NCBI GenBank assembly: GCA_023129115.1
Contig: JAGMCR010000002.1
Location: 1 to 64,000 of the forward strand
Direction: 5' to 3'
From: Candidatus Iainarchaeum sp.
GTDB lineage: Archaea; B1Sed10-29; WALL01
DNA: 64,000 nucleotides
In this document: positions 11,025 to 20,835 of the stretch, in pieces
Numbering within the stretch: position 1 is the stretch's first letter
How the letters are laid out: each line of letters opens with the position of its first letter
Notes under the pieces: generated by a model
Database searches by the model: none
What the model saw: the letters and a program-made list of their open reading frames with translations, nothing else
What the model was told of the DNA's origin: nothing
Position numbers and translations under genes: made by a program

Positions 11025-11750
11025 CTATTTAATTAGTCTATACATATATCTAGCCAAAGATTCAAAAATAACGTAATAAACTGTTTTCGGTTTCCCATTT
11101 GTAACTTCATCCAATTTGTTCATGTCATATGGTTCCTCAAAAAACTTTTTGTAGTATTTGTCCTTAGGATTAATTATATAATCTATTTTTTCATTCCAAA
11201 AAAACTTTACTAGGAATATGCCGCTATATTGGATATGAAACATCCTTAAGAAAATGTTGTCCAATAAACTTCCTTTTTCGAAAATAGTCCCAAATACCGG
11301 TTTTGAAACTAAAGATTTATCATAAAATACCAACTTATTATTTATATTCAGAATAACCCACCGGTGATGTTTTCTAGTCGGCCGTAAAAGTTCCCCAAAA
11401 AGCGATGGGCATTCTATATACCCCCTTTTTCCAACGCGCATAATTTCTTCTAAGGCATTTTTAGGGTTTTCAACGTGCTCCAGTACTTGAGATGCAATAA
11501 CGTAATCAAATTCTTTGTCCTTGAAAGGCAATTTTTTGCATACATCGGCCTGATAAAAAGCGCGACCATTAGTGCGTAACGGGCGGTCCCCTCTTTCTTC
11601 ATTGTAATCAGTGTATTTATCACAAAGAACATCAGAACGTGGATTCGGGGAATTTCCCGACCCGATATCAAGGACTGCATCTCTAGGCGATATCTTTAGT
11701 ATATGCTCATAAACTTTTCTCTGCATACTTTGTTTAATTTTGTTAATCAT
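11025..11750 (-). CDS. Class I SAM methyltransferase (Methyltransf_11-like)
   Basis: VLDIGSG and LPFKDKEFDYVIASQVLEHVENP motifs. Confidence 0.9.
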   Translation of the reverse strand: MINKIKQSMQRKVYEHILKISPRDAVLDIGSGNSPNPRSDVLCDKYTDYNEERGDRPLRTNGRAFYQADVCKKLPFKDKEFDYVIASQVLEHVENPKNALEEIMRVGKRGYIECPSLFGELLRPTRKHHRWVILNINNKLVFYDKSLVSKPVFGTIFEKGSLLDNIFLRMFHIQYSGIFLVKFFWNEKIDYIINPKDKYYKKFFEEPYDMNKLDEVTNGKPKTVYYVIFESLARYMYRLIK

Positions 11751-11764
11751 ATTTTTTCTCCAAT

Positions 11765-12865
11765 CTAATAAATCTTTTTTTGGGCTAATGAACCAAGTAA
11801 ATCCTGTATTTCAATAAAATGTTTTTCTGGAGAAGACCTTTTAGCGCGGGACAAGCATTCTTCCGCCATTTTTTTCTGGAGATTATTATCTCTCAGAATT
11901 ATTTTAATCTTTTCGGTTAAATCGGCATAACTTTTTGGATTAACCAAAAACCCAGTCTCCCCATCTTGAACCAGCTCTGCTTGGCCCCCAATGTTAGTTG
12001 TTATAACCGGAGTACCCTGGCTCATGGCTTCTCTTATTGTAAGGGGGGAATTTTCCTCAATGATGCTTGGTAGCACGAATGCATACGCGTTGTAATACTC
12101 TTCCTTAACTCTCTCGGTTGGCAAATTCCCCATTAAGGAAACCTTGCCACCCATATTTTTTGACTTAACCAGTTTGACAAGTGAGTCCATGTTTTTACCT
12201 TCCCCGACAATCTCAAGCCTTGCTCCATTTATCTGTTCAAATGCTTTTATTAAATATTCCACCCCCTTGTTTTTTGTTAGTCTACCAACAAATAATATTG
12301 TTTTCTCGCCTTGGGTTACGCGAGGCTTTTCAGCCGCCGGAAAAAATGAGGGGTTTCTGATAAGCCGTATTCTGTTTTTTGTTATGCCCAATTGCTGTTT
12401 TAGCCATTTTTCAGTTGTTTCCGATGGGGCAAGGAATACATCAACGCATCTCTTAATTATGAACCGATGCAGTAGCGTACGCGGAACAAGAGCCACCCAG
12501 CATAGTTTTTTTAGCGTTATTTTCGGCCAGTCGTATATTGATAAGTTTGCCATTTTGAGGCAGATGGGGATATCTCTTTTATGAATCATTGAAAAGACTT
12601 GAGAAGATATGTTACTTCCGACTGCATGGGCAAAAACCACGTCTGGGGCAAAACCGTCAAGTATCTCATTAATTTCTTTGTTGTGCTTTCTGCTATACAC
12701 ACTCGAAAAAAAATTAAGAAGCCACCCCTTTTCTTTTCCACCGAAGTAAACAACTTCATAGCCCTGTTCTTCAAGCATATTCTTTAGTTTATGGTCATAT
12801 ACTTGAGCACCACCTTTCTCATAATCATAGTCATTGATAATCAAGATTTTCATTTGATTGCTCAC
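11765..12865 (-). CDS. GT4 glycosyltransferase
   Basis: MKILII..GGA, FVGRLTKNKG and ENSPLTIREAMSQGTPVI motifs. Confidence 0.92.
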   Translation of the reverse strand: MSNQMKILIINDYDYEKGGAQVYDHKLKNMLEEQGYEVVYFGGKEKGWLLNFFSSVYSRKHNKEINEILDGFAPDVVFAHAVGSNISSQVFSMIHKRDIPICLKMANLSIYDWPKITLKKLCWVALVPRTLLHRFIIKRCVDVFLAPSETTEKWLKQQLGITKNRIRLIRNPSFFPAAEKPRVTQGEKTILFVGRLTKNKGVEYLIKAFEQINGARLEIVGEGKNMDSLVKLVKSKNMGGKVSLMGNLPTERVKEEYYNAYAFVLPSIIEENSPLTIREAMSQGTPVITTNIGGQAELVQDGETGFLVNPKSYADLTEKIKIILRDNNLQKKMAEECLSRAKRSSPEKHFIEIQDLLGSLAQKKIY

Positions 12866-13962
12866 ATCACACTTTCATATACTTCAATCAGTTTCTTGGT
12901 TTCTGCGAAATAATTATAATTTCTTTTGATTATAGTCCTTAACCCCTTTCCCATTTTCTTCCGCGCCCCCACATCATTTTTCAACTCTTCAATACAAGTA
13001 ATCATTTCTTGCGGCGTTTCTGCCATAAGCAACGCATTTTTCTCATCAAAACCTTTGGCACCGCTTCTTGTTGAAATAATGGGGGTTCCGCAAGCAGCAG
13101 CCTCCAGCAGCTTGTTCCTTGAGCCCCCGCCACGGTGGTATCGCCCGTACGGCAGTAGCAAGGCACCGATTGATGCCATGTAATCTTTGTATTCCTTATC
13201 GCCGAGCCTGCCCAAGACTTTGACGTTGTCCATGCCGTTGAACAAGGCCTTGTCTGCCGAAGAAATCGAGCCCACCAGTGAAAAGTTTGCGCTTGTGCGA
13301 TTGGCTATCGAACGGAGCGCGTTCATAGCCTCACAGTTTATGTGCGCGAACGGCCCGACGACCCCTACCTCGAACTCGGCTTCGTAACGGTTCCGTGGGA
13401 ACGCCGCGGGGTCAAGCATGTTGTTGACTACCTCAATCTTTTCTTGGGGAACATCGTGTTCCTTCACCATTTCTCGCTTTATGTTCGCGGATGCCACCAC
13501 AATTTTTTCTGCGCGGGCAATCCCTTTTCTCTCGATGCGCTTGACGAATGGTGCAATCACATACTGGTGCGCGAGCGAACCTGCGTGCAGGTCCCTGAGC
13601 ACCGAAGACTTCAGCGAGTGATAATCAAGGATTAGTTTGCCCTTGAAGCCATTAGCCACCGCAAGCACGCTGTAATAATTCTGTGCGTGCACAGCAGTTA
13701 CTTCCGGCGCAAACTTTTCTTTCAGTACTAATGGCATGTCAAAAAGAAAAGGCACGCCATCGGGCCTGAGATTTCGTGGGATCAATGAGAGCGGGCCTTT
13801 TCGCATTTCTGTTTGCTCGAAACCAAGGCCGGGATTGGTTTTGGTGCAGTGTACGGTAAAATCGTCAAAGCCGTTTGCTAGGAGACCTTCTGCTTCCATG
13901 ACCGGCCTGAGCGTGTTGCCATAGACACGGTTCATGTCGTACGGGGCCACGATACTTATCAC
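12862..13962 (-). CDS. GT4 glycosyltransferase
   Basis: KLLEAAACGTPIIST; 4-bp overlaps with both neighbours. Confidence 0.85.
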   Translation of the reverse strand: MISIVAPYDMNRVYGNTLRPVMEAEGLLANGFDDFTVHCTKTNPGLGFEQTEMRKGPLSLIPRNLRPDGVPFLFDMPLVLKEKFAPEVTAVHAQNYYSVLAVANGFKGKLILDYHSLKSSVLRDLHAGSLAHQYVIAPFVKRIERKGIARAEKIVVASANIKREMVKEHDVPQEKIEVVNNMLDPAAFPRNRYEAEFEVGVVGPFAHINCEAMNALRSIANRTSANFSLVGSISSADKALFNGMDNVKVLGRLGDKEYKDYMASIGALLLPYGRYHRGGGSRNKLLEAAACGTPIISTRSGAKGFDEKNALLMAETPQEMITCIEELKNDVGARKKMGKGLRTIIKRNYNYFAETKKLIEVYESVM

Positions 13963-14759
13963 AGGTTTTCCACCTCCAGCCAGGGGACTTCTATCAAGCT
14001 GGGGGTGTACATCGCCGGGACGTGGCCGTAGATGCCGTTCTCGCCGAAAGACTCGCCGTGGTCAGATGTGACCACGGTTTTCCCACCAAGCTTTTTCACG
14101 AGTTTTTCAGCGTACTTCAGGACTTCAACCAAATTGGCTGCGTATGCGTCCCTTAGGACATCGAGCGTGATTGTATCGCCAAGCATAGTGCCCCAGTCGG
14201 GCGAGTACAATACACGGATTTGTTCTTTTGTCAGTTTGATGCGCGGGTTTCCAATGAAAGGCATGTGCGGCTGCATGTAATGCACAATCATTCTCTTGCC
14301 GGGATAGCTTTCCGCGAGCCGCAGGCTGGCTTTGTTCACTTGCTTTGGAAGGACGGTCGCATTTTTTTCGTCCCACGCGTCGTACCACACGTTCTCGAGG
14401 TGCAAAAACGGGCTTGCCTCCCCGGTCCACTGCTCCAGCTTTGGCGCAGAGACCTGGGGATTGGCCGAGACATAAACGACGTCGCTGCAGTTGCGGTTGA
14501 AGTTTTCCTTCAGCCACTCCACTGTATGGGTCCCGGCAGAAAATCTTTTTTCGAGTTTTCCGGGGATGGTGTTGTAGCTTTTGAAGTAATCGTACCTGCA
14601 TGCGTCCAGGACTATGAGGTAGTCCCAGTCCTCGTCCAGAACATGCAGTTGTTTTACCGCGTACTTGTTCTTCCAGAATAGCGCCCTCAAAAAAAGCGTT
14701 TTGGGCGTTTCTTCCCGCCTCTCCATGCGCCGCTTGAACTGCTTCGTTTCCTTAATCAT
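13959..14759 (-). CDS. Alkaline phosphatase/sulfatase superfamily protein
   Basis: LIVLDACRYD, HYMQPH.PF and VTSDHGE...GH metal motifs; ATGA coupling to the upstream GT. Confidence 0.85.
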   Translation of the reverse strand: MIKETKQFKRRMERREETPKTLFLRALFWKNKYAVKQLHVLDEDWDYLIVLDACRYDYFKSYNTIPGKLEKRFSAGTHTVEWLKENFNRNCSDVVYVSANPQVSAPKLEQWTGEASPFLHLENVWYDAWDEKNATVLPKQVNKASLRLAESYPGKRMIVHYMQPHMPFIGNPRIKLTKEQIRVLYSPDWGTMLGDTITLDVLRDAYAANLVEVLKYAEKLVKKLGGKTVVTSDHGESFGENGIYGHVPAMYTPSLIEVPWLEVENL

Positions 14760-15853
14760 TTCTCTCCCCCGTAATACCTTAGGTACTCTGCGGCAGTGTT
14801 TTCCCACGACATTGACTTGGCAATCTTTCTGGACTTTTTCCCGTGCCTCTCGAGTAGTTTTGGGCTTTTGGCATATTTCTTGATTGCGCCTGCCAGCGCC
14901 GCCGGGTCCCTCATCGGCACCACAAAGCCATTGCCGTTGACAAGCTCTTTGGTGCCGCCCGTGTCCGTCACTATGACCGGCAGCCCCGACGCCATTGCCT
15001 CGAGCACGGAGTTGCTCATGCCCTCGCCAAGCGACGGCAGCACAAAAACATCAGCCTTTTCGTAAAACTTATGTATTCTTTCGTGTGGAACCGCGCCCAC
15101 AAACTCAACGCAGCCAGCGGCGCCGAGCCACGACGCCAGCCCCCCCAATTCCTTCTCCATGTTGCCGTCTCCAACAATACACAGCCCCACGCGGTCCAAT
15201 TTTGCAATCGCCTCAATCAAGTAATCAATTCCCTTGCGCCGGATGAGCCGCGACACGCACAGCACGCGCAGCTTTTTTCTTTTGGAGCGCACGGGCTTAA
15301 ATTCCTTTGTGTCAACACCATTTGGGATTATCTTGATTTTTCCACCCCAGCTCCTCGACGCCAACTCCTTTAGGCCCACGGAATTGGCCACCACTGCCCT
15401 CGCGTGCCCCCACGCGTTGACTATCAATGGCCTCAGGAAAACGTACTGCAGCGCGAACCGCTCGTTGTAGCCAGGGACGTCACTCCCCCGCAGGCTGACT
15501 ATGTATGGGACGCCCAGCAGCCGCGCCATCACGCCGCACGGGAACCCGAACCACGCGTGGACTAAATCGTACTCCTTTTCTTTCATTAATTTTTTCGAGA
15601 ACCGGAACGCCTTCCACATGTACCGCAGGATTTCTGCCTGTGTCCAGAAGTGCACGCCTTTTTTCCCGACATCCAGGCGGTAGACAGTGATGCTGTCCGA
15701 GAACTTTTCCTCGCTGTAGCCGCCCGGGGAAGACGTGACCAAATCGATTTGGATTCCCTTCCCGGCAAGCCCCTTCAGCAAATAATAATTGGCATTGGCC
15801 GCGCCCCCGCCAAGCGGCGGGAATTCGTAGTTCAGCATCAATACCCTTCGCAC
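14756..15853 (-). CDS. GT4 glycosyltransferase
   Basis: NYEFPPLGGG and EGMSNSVLEAMASGLPVI motifs. Confidence 0.93.
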   Translation of the reverse strand: MRRVLMLNYEFPPLGGGAANANYYLLKGLAGKGIQIDLVTSSPGGYSEEKFSDSITVYRLDVGKKGVHFWTQAEILRYMWKAFRFSKKLMKEKEYDLVHAWFGFPCGVMARLLGVPYIVSLRGSDVPGYNERFALQYVFLRPLIVNAWGHARAVVANSVGLKELASRSWGGKIKIIPNGVDTKEFKPVRSKRKKLRVLCVSRLIRRKGIDYLIEAIAKLDRVGLCIVGDGNMEKELGGLASWLGAAGCVEFVGAVPHERIHKFYEKADVFVLPSLGEGMSNSVLEAMASGLPVIVTDTGGTKELVNGNGFVVPMRDPAALAGAIKKYAKSPKLLERHGKKSRKIAKSMSWENTAAEYLRYYGGEK

Positions 15854-15860
15854 TGGCCAG

Positions 15861-16703
15861 TCACCTCCCCGGGTAGTAGTCGCTTATCTGCTTCTTTATC
15901 CCGTCTTCCAGCGAAACAGTCGGCGCAAGGTACGGGTTTTCGCACAGCGTGTCCTGCACGTAATTCAGGAGCGGGTTCTCCACGTACTCCGCCGGCACGC
16001 TCTTGCCGAACCCCCTGTTGATTAGCCCGACCAGGTCATTGAACGAGTGCGCCACGCCCGTCCCCACCTCGTACACGAAAGCGCCTTCTTTTCCCTCGCC
16101 CATCGCGGCAATGCACGCCCGCACAACGTCGTCCACGTGCACGAAGTCCCTTGTCTGTGTGCCGTCGCCGTAAATAACCGGGCTCCTGCCGTGCGCAATC
16201 TCGTGCATTATCTGCGTCAGCATGTTCGCGTACTGCTTTTTGTGCGCCTCGTGCGGGCCGTACACGCTGAAGAACCGCAGCCCAACCGAACACACTTTTT
16301 TCTCGTTGTAGTACGCTTTCGCGAGCGCTTCGTAGCACTCCCTAAGGCAGCTGTAAAACGTGGTGGGCCCCTGGATAGAGCTCGTGCTCGCGTAGACGAG
16401 CCTGGCATTGTTCTTCGCCGCCAGCTCAAGGACGTGCACAAAGTCCGCAACAGTCTTTGCCAGCCGCTGTTCTGTGTCAACCTCGAGCATCGGCGCGGAG
16501 CTGTAGTTCCCAAAGTGGAATATTGCGTCGCACTCGCCGCCGAAAGTGCCGCTGTCGCCCTCGACCCGGGCAATGCCCTCGTCAAGGTTGCCCCACTCCC
16601 CAAGGAACAGGCTGTCCACAACCGTGACGTCGTGCTCCTTCGCGAGCGCGTTGGCGAGGTTGCTCCCGATGAAGCCGGCCCCGCCGGTAACAATTATTTT
16701 CAT
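15861..16703 (-). CDS. NAD-dependent nucleotide-sugar epimerase/dehydratase
   Basis: TGGAGFIGS, LRFFSVYGP and GDGTQTRDFVHV motifs; the YxxxK motif appears as YSCLR. Confidence 0.88.
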   Translation of the reverse strand: MKIIVTGGAGFIGSNLANALAKEHDVTVVDSLFLGEWGNLDEGIARVEGDSGTFGGECDAIFHFGNYSSAPMLEVDTEQRLAKTVADFVHVLELAAKNNARLVYASTSSIQGPTTFYSCLRECYEALAKAYYNEKKVCSVGLRFFSVYGPHEAHKKQYANMLTQIMHEIAHGRSPVIYGDGTQTRDFVHVDDVVRACIAAMGEGKEGAFVYEVGTGVAHSFNDLVGLINRGFGKSVPAEYVENPLLNYVQDTLCENPYLAPTVSLEDGIKKQISDYYPGR

Positions 16704-17626
16704 TTTATCACTTCTTCCACGTAATAAACCTTAAGCTTCCCTGTCGCAGAATACGTCTTGAGCACAACGTCCGCCAGCAGCCCCGAAATAAAGAACTGCA
16801 CCCCGAGCACGAAGCTGAAGAACGACATCGTGGGCAGGAAGTGGCTCGAGAAGTCCATGGTGTGGAATATCTTCATGTAAATCGAGTAAGTGCCCGTGAC
16901 GACCCCGAACAGAAGCAGCACGAGCCCAAGCCCACCAAACATGTGCAGCGGCCTGCTCGAGTACTTCTGCCAGAACCACACGTTGAGCATGTCGATGAAC
17001 CCCTTCCAAATCCTCTTGTAGGAATACTTTGTCGTGCCGTTGCGCCTCGGCCGGTGGTTCACCGGAACTTCGGTGACGCGGAAGCCCCTCCACCGCAGCA
17101 GCGGCGGGATGTACCTGTGCATCTCGCCCGTCAGGTTGAGGTCCCTCAGGCACTCGGCCTTGTACGCCTTGAGCGTGCACCCGAAGTCGTGTACGTTGCT
17201 GCCGAGGAACGGCACGCGTATGGCTGACGCGATTCTCGAGAACAATTTTTTGCCGAAAGAGTCCTTCCTGTTTTTCCTCCAGCCGGAGACGCAGTCGAAC
17301 CCGTCCAGCTTCTCGAGCAGCTTTGGAATGTCCCTGGGGTCGTTCTGCAGGTCCGCGTCAATCGCGACGACCACGCCGCCCCTCGCGTGGTCGAACCCCG
17401 CCTGCAACGCCGCGCTCTGGCCGAAGTTCTTCCTCAGCCTGACGCACTTCACGCGCCTGTCCTTTTTGTGCAGGGCCTTGATTGCCTCGAAGCTATTGTC
17501 TGTCGACCCGTCGTCAACAAAAATTATTTCAAGCAAACCCTTTCCCATTGCGGCCTTGAGCTCGCTGTACAGTGGCTTGATGTTCCCTTCCTCGTTAAGG
17601 ACCGGCACGACGACCGAAACAGTCAT
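16700..17626 (-). CDS. GT2 polyprenol-phosphate glycosyltransferase (DPM1/ArnC-like)
   Basis: VDDGSTD, NFGQSAA, DADLQNDP and HRPRRNGTTKY motifs; two C-terminal TM helices. Confidence 0.93.
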   Translation of the reverse strand: MTVSVVVPVLNEEGNIKPLYSELKAAMGKGLLEIIFVDDGSTDNSFEAIKALHKKDRRVKCVRLRKNFGQSAALQAGFDHARGGVVVAIDADLQNDPRDIPKLLEKLDGFDCVSGWRKNRKDSFGKKLFSRIASAIRVPFLGSNVHDFGCTLKAYKAECLRDLNLTGEMHRYIPPLLRWRGFRVTEVPVNHRPRRNGTTKYSYKRIWKGFIDMLNVWFWQKYSSRPLHMFGGLGLVLLLFGVVTGTYSIYMKIFHTMDFSSHFLPTMSFFSFVLGVQFFISGLLADVVLKTYSATGKLKVYYVEEVIK

Positions 17627-18573
17627 TGCACTACCTCTTCTTTGTACCACTCGAAGAACTTGTGCATCCCGTCCCTAATATTGGTGGTGGGCTCCCAGCC
17701 CAAAACCCTCTTGGCCTTCGACACGTCCGCGCACGTCACGTCGACGTCGCCCGGCTGCATCGGCAATTCCTCGACAACCGCCTTTTTGCCCACTGTCTCC
17801 TCGACCACTGCGATGAAGTCGTCCAGCGCCACTGGCCTCGAGTTCCCGAGGTTGATTACCTCAAACCCCTTCAAGCCCATGGCCCTTATCACCCCATCAA
17901 CAATGTCGCCGACATAGGTATAGTCCCTCTGCGACGAGCCGTCGCCGAACTTCTTTATCGCTTCCCCCCGGTAGACCCTGTCTGTGAAGATGTAGGGCGC
18001 CATGTCCGGCCTGCCCCGCGGGCCGTACACAGTGAAGAGCCGGAGGCACGCGATGTCCATGCCGTGCAAATGGTGGCAAGCGTGGCACAATCCCTCCCCC
18101 GCCTTCTTCGTCGCCGCGTACGGCGACACAGGCGTGTCCGTTGCCATGGACTCGGAGAACGGCGTGTCGCTGCAGTTCCCGTACACGGACGAGGACGACG
18201 CGAACACAAAGCTTTCCACGCCGTGCCTTCTCGCGAGCTCGAGCATGTTGAGAGTGCCGCCGACATTGACTTCCCCGTACAGCCGGGGGTTGGCGATTGA
18301 CGGCCTCACGCCCGCGCGGGCGGCGAGGTGCACGACTTTTTCGACATTGTTTTCCGCGAACACTTTTTCCATGGCTGCATAGTCCCGCACGTCCGCCTCG
18401 CACAAAGTGAATGCATTGTTTTCCAGCGCGCCAGCAATGTTCCGCCTCTTCCTGCCAGGACTGTAATAATCATTGAAGTCGTCCACGCATATGACGTCCT
18501 CTCCCTGCATCAGGAGCCTGTCGCACAATACCGAGCCGATGAAGCCCGCTCCACCGGTTAAAACCATGCTCAT
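17623..18573 (-). CDS. NAD-dependent epimerase (UDP-glucuronate 4-epimerase-like)
   Basis: HLAARAGVRPS, SSSSVYG, YAATK and VYGPRGRPDMA motifs. Confidence 0.92.
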   Translation of the reverse strand: MSMVLTGGAGFIGSVLCDRLLMQGEDVICVDDFNDYYSPGRKRRNIAGALENNAFTLCEADVRDYAAMEKVFAENNVEKVVHLAARAGVRPSIANPRLYGEVNVGGTLNMLELARRHGVESFVFASSSSVYGNCSDTPFSESMATDTPVSPYAATKKAGEGLCHACHHLHGMDIACLRLFTVYGPRGRPDMAPYIFTDRVYRGEAIKKFGDGSSQRDYTYVGDIVDGVIRAMGLKGFEVINLGNSRPVALDDFIAVVEETVGKKAVVEELPMQPGDVDVTCADVSKAKRVLGWEPTTNIRDGMHKFFEWYKEEVVQ

Positions 18574-18703
18574 TGAAACACCCTCGCTAGCCTTTAACTC
18601 CGCGCAGCAGCCTTTTATTCATTTCGCCGAGTGCCCCCCGCAGGGAGAGGTCTGGGCGGGGCGGCAAAAGGCCCACTGCTTTTAAACATAAAGATTCACT
18701 GCT

Positions 18704-18754
18704 TTTAAACATATGCGTCGTTGGTTATAACATCAATGCCCAGATATTTAAACA
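18704..18754 (+). repeat. 51-bp direct repeat, left copy (partner at 20683-20733)
   Basis: TTTAAACATATGCGTCGTTGGTTATAACATCAAT(G/A)CCCAGATATTTAAACA with one mismatch between copies. Confidence 0.97.
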
Positions 18755-18798
18755 TAGCTTTTTAATGTTTGACGTGGATATGTTCGATAGCTGTTATA

Positions 18799-19005
18799 AT
18801 GAAGTGGTTAAATTACGCGAGGGATATCCTAATCTCCACACTGGGTGGCTTTATAGCAGCCATGTTTTCGGTGGTTTTGTTTTATCCCAATGGAACAGCA
18901 GCCTTACCCTCCTTAGGCAGTATCCTCAACGCAACCGGCGGCATTTATTTTTGGACATTTGTTGTTGTCGTCCTGTTAGGTATTATCTATTGGAAACAAA
19001 AATAA
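18799..19005 (+). CDS. Small two-TM membrane protein
   Basis: 68 aa with two hydrophobic helices, inside the repeat-bounded islet. Confidence 0.55.
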   Translation: MKWLNYARDILISTLGGFIAAMFSVVLFYPNGTAALPSLGSILNATGGIYFWTFVVVVLLGIIYWKQK

Positions 19006-19110
19006 TTACCATTGAACATGCCACGGAAGCGCTAGGGGCTTGGTTGAAGAAGAACAGGTGAGCCTCGGCAAGTCATAGACACAGCCTTTAAATATCCACC
19101 TGGCGAACTA

Positions 19111-19821
19111 ATGTGTATGGTTAAAATCGCTCTCGCTGAACCGGAATTGTTTGTGGTACGGGCTTGTACATCAAAACCCACGTATCCCAATATGCTCCTG
19201 GTTTTTGCTATTAATCATTTTTATCCAGAAGAAAAAGAAGACGAATTCTCCAAAAAACTAATGGGCCTTTATCTTCACGGCTACGCCGAGGACTTCTTTT
19301 TAACCCAATTATCAGAGCTATACAACTTAAGATTCAAAGGAGATAGCGTTAAATTTGATTATTTAACCCTATATCCAACACACGAAAAAAATGGGGAGAA
19401 CAAGAATCTGGAGAATCTCGCGAAAAACTTCTGCAAACTAGTCAACTTGGAGTATCGGCAAATCCTGCGAAGGAATAGGAATATTAAGAAGATGCACGAA
19501 CTTCGTACCTTCAAAGAAAGACTGGAAAACATTCAGGGCTCGGTGGATATACTGGAAGATGTCAAGGGGAAAAATATTCTGCTACTAGATAATCTCACGA
19601 TTACCGGGATATCCTTGATAGATATGGCCAACCTACTAATCCAAAAAGGCGCGAAAAACGTTGTGGGTGTGTGCTTGGGGGTGAGTGCCAAGAATAAGGA
19701 GACAGATTGGATAGATTTAAATAAAACGCTTAAGTATTCTAGAATCAAACAAATCTGCAGATCCCCTTATGTCTCTGAGGAGAAACGGAAGGCATGGAAA
19801 AAGAAGAGTACGCAAGTTTAA
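19111..19821 (+). CDS. ComF-like phosphoribosyltransferase (ShosT-like candidate toxin)
   Basis: ERLENIQGS and the degenerate PRPP loop ILLLDNLTITGISL...GAKNV; overlaps the DprA gene. Confidence 0.8.
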   Translation: MCMVKIALAEPELFVVRACTSKPTYPNMLLVFAINHFYPEEKEDEFSKKLMGLYLHGYAEDFFLTQLSELYNLRFKGDSVKFDYLTLYPTHEKNGENKNLENLAKNFCKLVNLEYRQILRRNRNIKKMHELRTFKERLENIQGSVDILEDVKGKNILLLDNLTITGISLIDMANLLIQKGAKNVVGVCLGVSAKNKETDWIDLNKTLKYSRIKQICRSPYVSEEKRKAWKKKSTQV

Positions 19822-20687
19822 TGGCCCTAAAAAAAATAAACGGCCTAGGGAACACACGGCTTATACAACTAGCTACAGAACTCGGGGGCTGGGAAAAAGT
19901 AATAAAAGTTGATTTCAAGCATCTCGAGAAATTTAGCTTCATCAAACAAAAAACCTTCGAAGAAATCAAAAGTATCTCTGAGAGTGATTTAGACAAAGCC
20001 AGAGCCGATTTTGATTACTGTTCCAATAATAACATAACAGTCATCTCATTTTTTGACGAACGATTTCCTCCTAAATTGAAAGGCATACCAAGCCCCCCGT
20101 CCGCAATATTTGCAAAAGGTAAATTGAGTAATCTAAATAAACCAGCCATATCGTTTGTAGGCTCACGGTCTTCAACAGAAAAAAGTAAAGAGTGGACTTT
20201 TAAGTTCGCTAAAGAATTGGCTGAAAAAGATTACGTTGTAGTGAGCGGTGCAGCGAGGGGTATTGATACTGCTGCACATGCTGGCGCTTTGTCTTCCAAT
20301 GGACGCACCATCGCCGTGCTTGGTTGCGGTCTTGAAAACATTTATCCAAAAGAAAACGAGTCTTTGATTACAGAAATAATAGAAAATGGGCTGGTTGTTT
20401 CAGAATACCCACCCTCAGAAAATGTCACGCGGATTTCGTTACTTGAAAGAAATAGGATTACATCGGGTTTAGGAAATGCTCTTTTATTGGTCACAGCTCT
20501 TGATGGTGGTGGTTCAATGTCACAAGTCAAAAATGCTATTGCTCAAAGAAAACAAATTTTTGTGCCTCCTCCCGGACTTGGGTTAGAACCATCAGTCGGA
20601 GTCTTAAGACTAATAAGGGAGAATAAAGCTTCACAGATAAAAAATGTGGACGAACTACTCAATATTGCTAGTCATCAAACACTTTAA
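19794..20687 (+). CDS. dprA: DprA/Smf ssDNA-binding protein (ShosA-like)
   Basis: VGSR, VVSGAARGIDTAAHAGAL, AVLGCG..IYP.EN, SEYPP and RNRITSGL motifs. Confidence 0.93.
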   Translation: MEKEEYASLMALKKINGLGNTRLIQLATELGGWEKVIKVDFKHLEKFSFIKQKTFEEIKSISESDLDKARADFDYCSNNNITVISFFDERFPPKLKGIPSPPSAIFAKGKLSNLNKPAISFVGSRSSTEKSKEWTFKFAKELAEKDYVVVSGAARGIDTAAHAGALSSNGRTIAVLGCGLENIYPKENESLITEIIENGLVVSEYPPSENVTRISLLERNRITSGLGNALLLVTALDGGGSMSQVKNAIAQRKQIFVPPPGLGLEPSVGVLRLIRENKASQIKNVDELLNIASHQTL

Positions 20688-20733
20688 ACATATGCGTCGT
20701 TGGTTATAACATCAATACCCAGATATTTAAACA
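20683..20733 (+). repeat. 51-bp direct repeat, right copy
   Basis: Matches 18704-18754 and contains the dprA stop codon. Confidence 0.97.
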
Positions 20734-20835
20734 CCCTCCTCTGATTTATAGCTTTATTTCCCGGTTTTTCCCAGCAAGTTATTTATATAGCCTCTGCGTT
20801 TGGGTACATTGATTTTTCTTGAGAGGTGTTACTGG

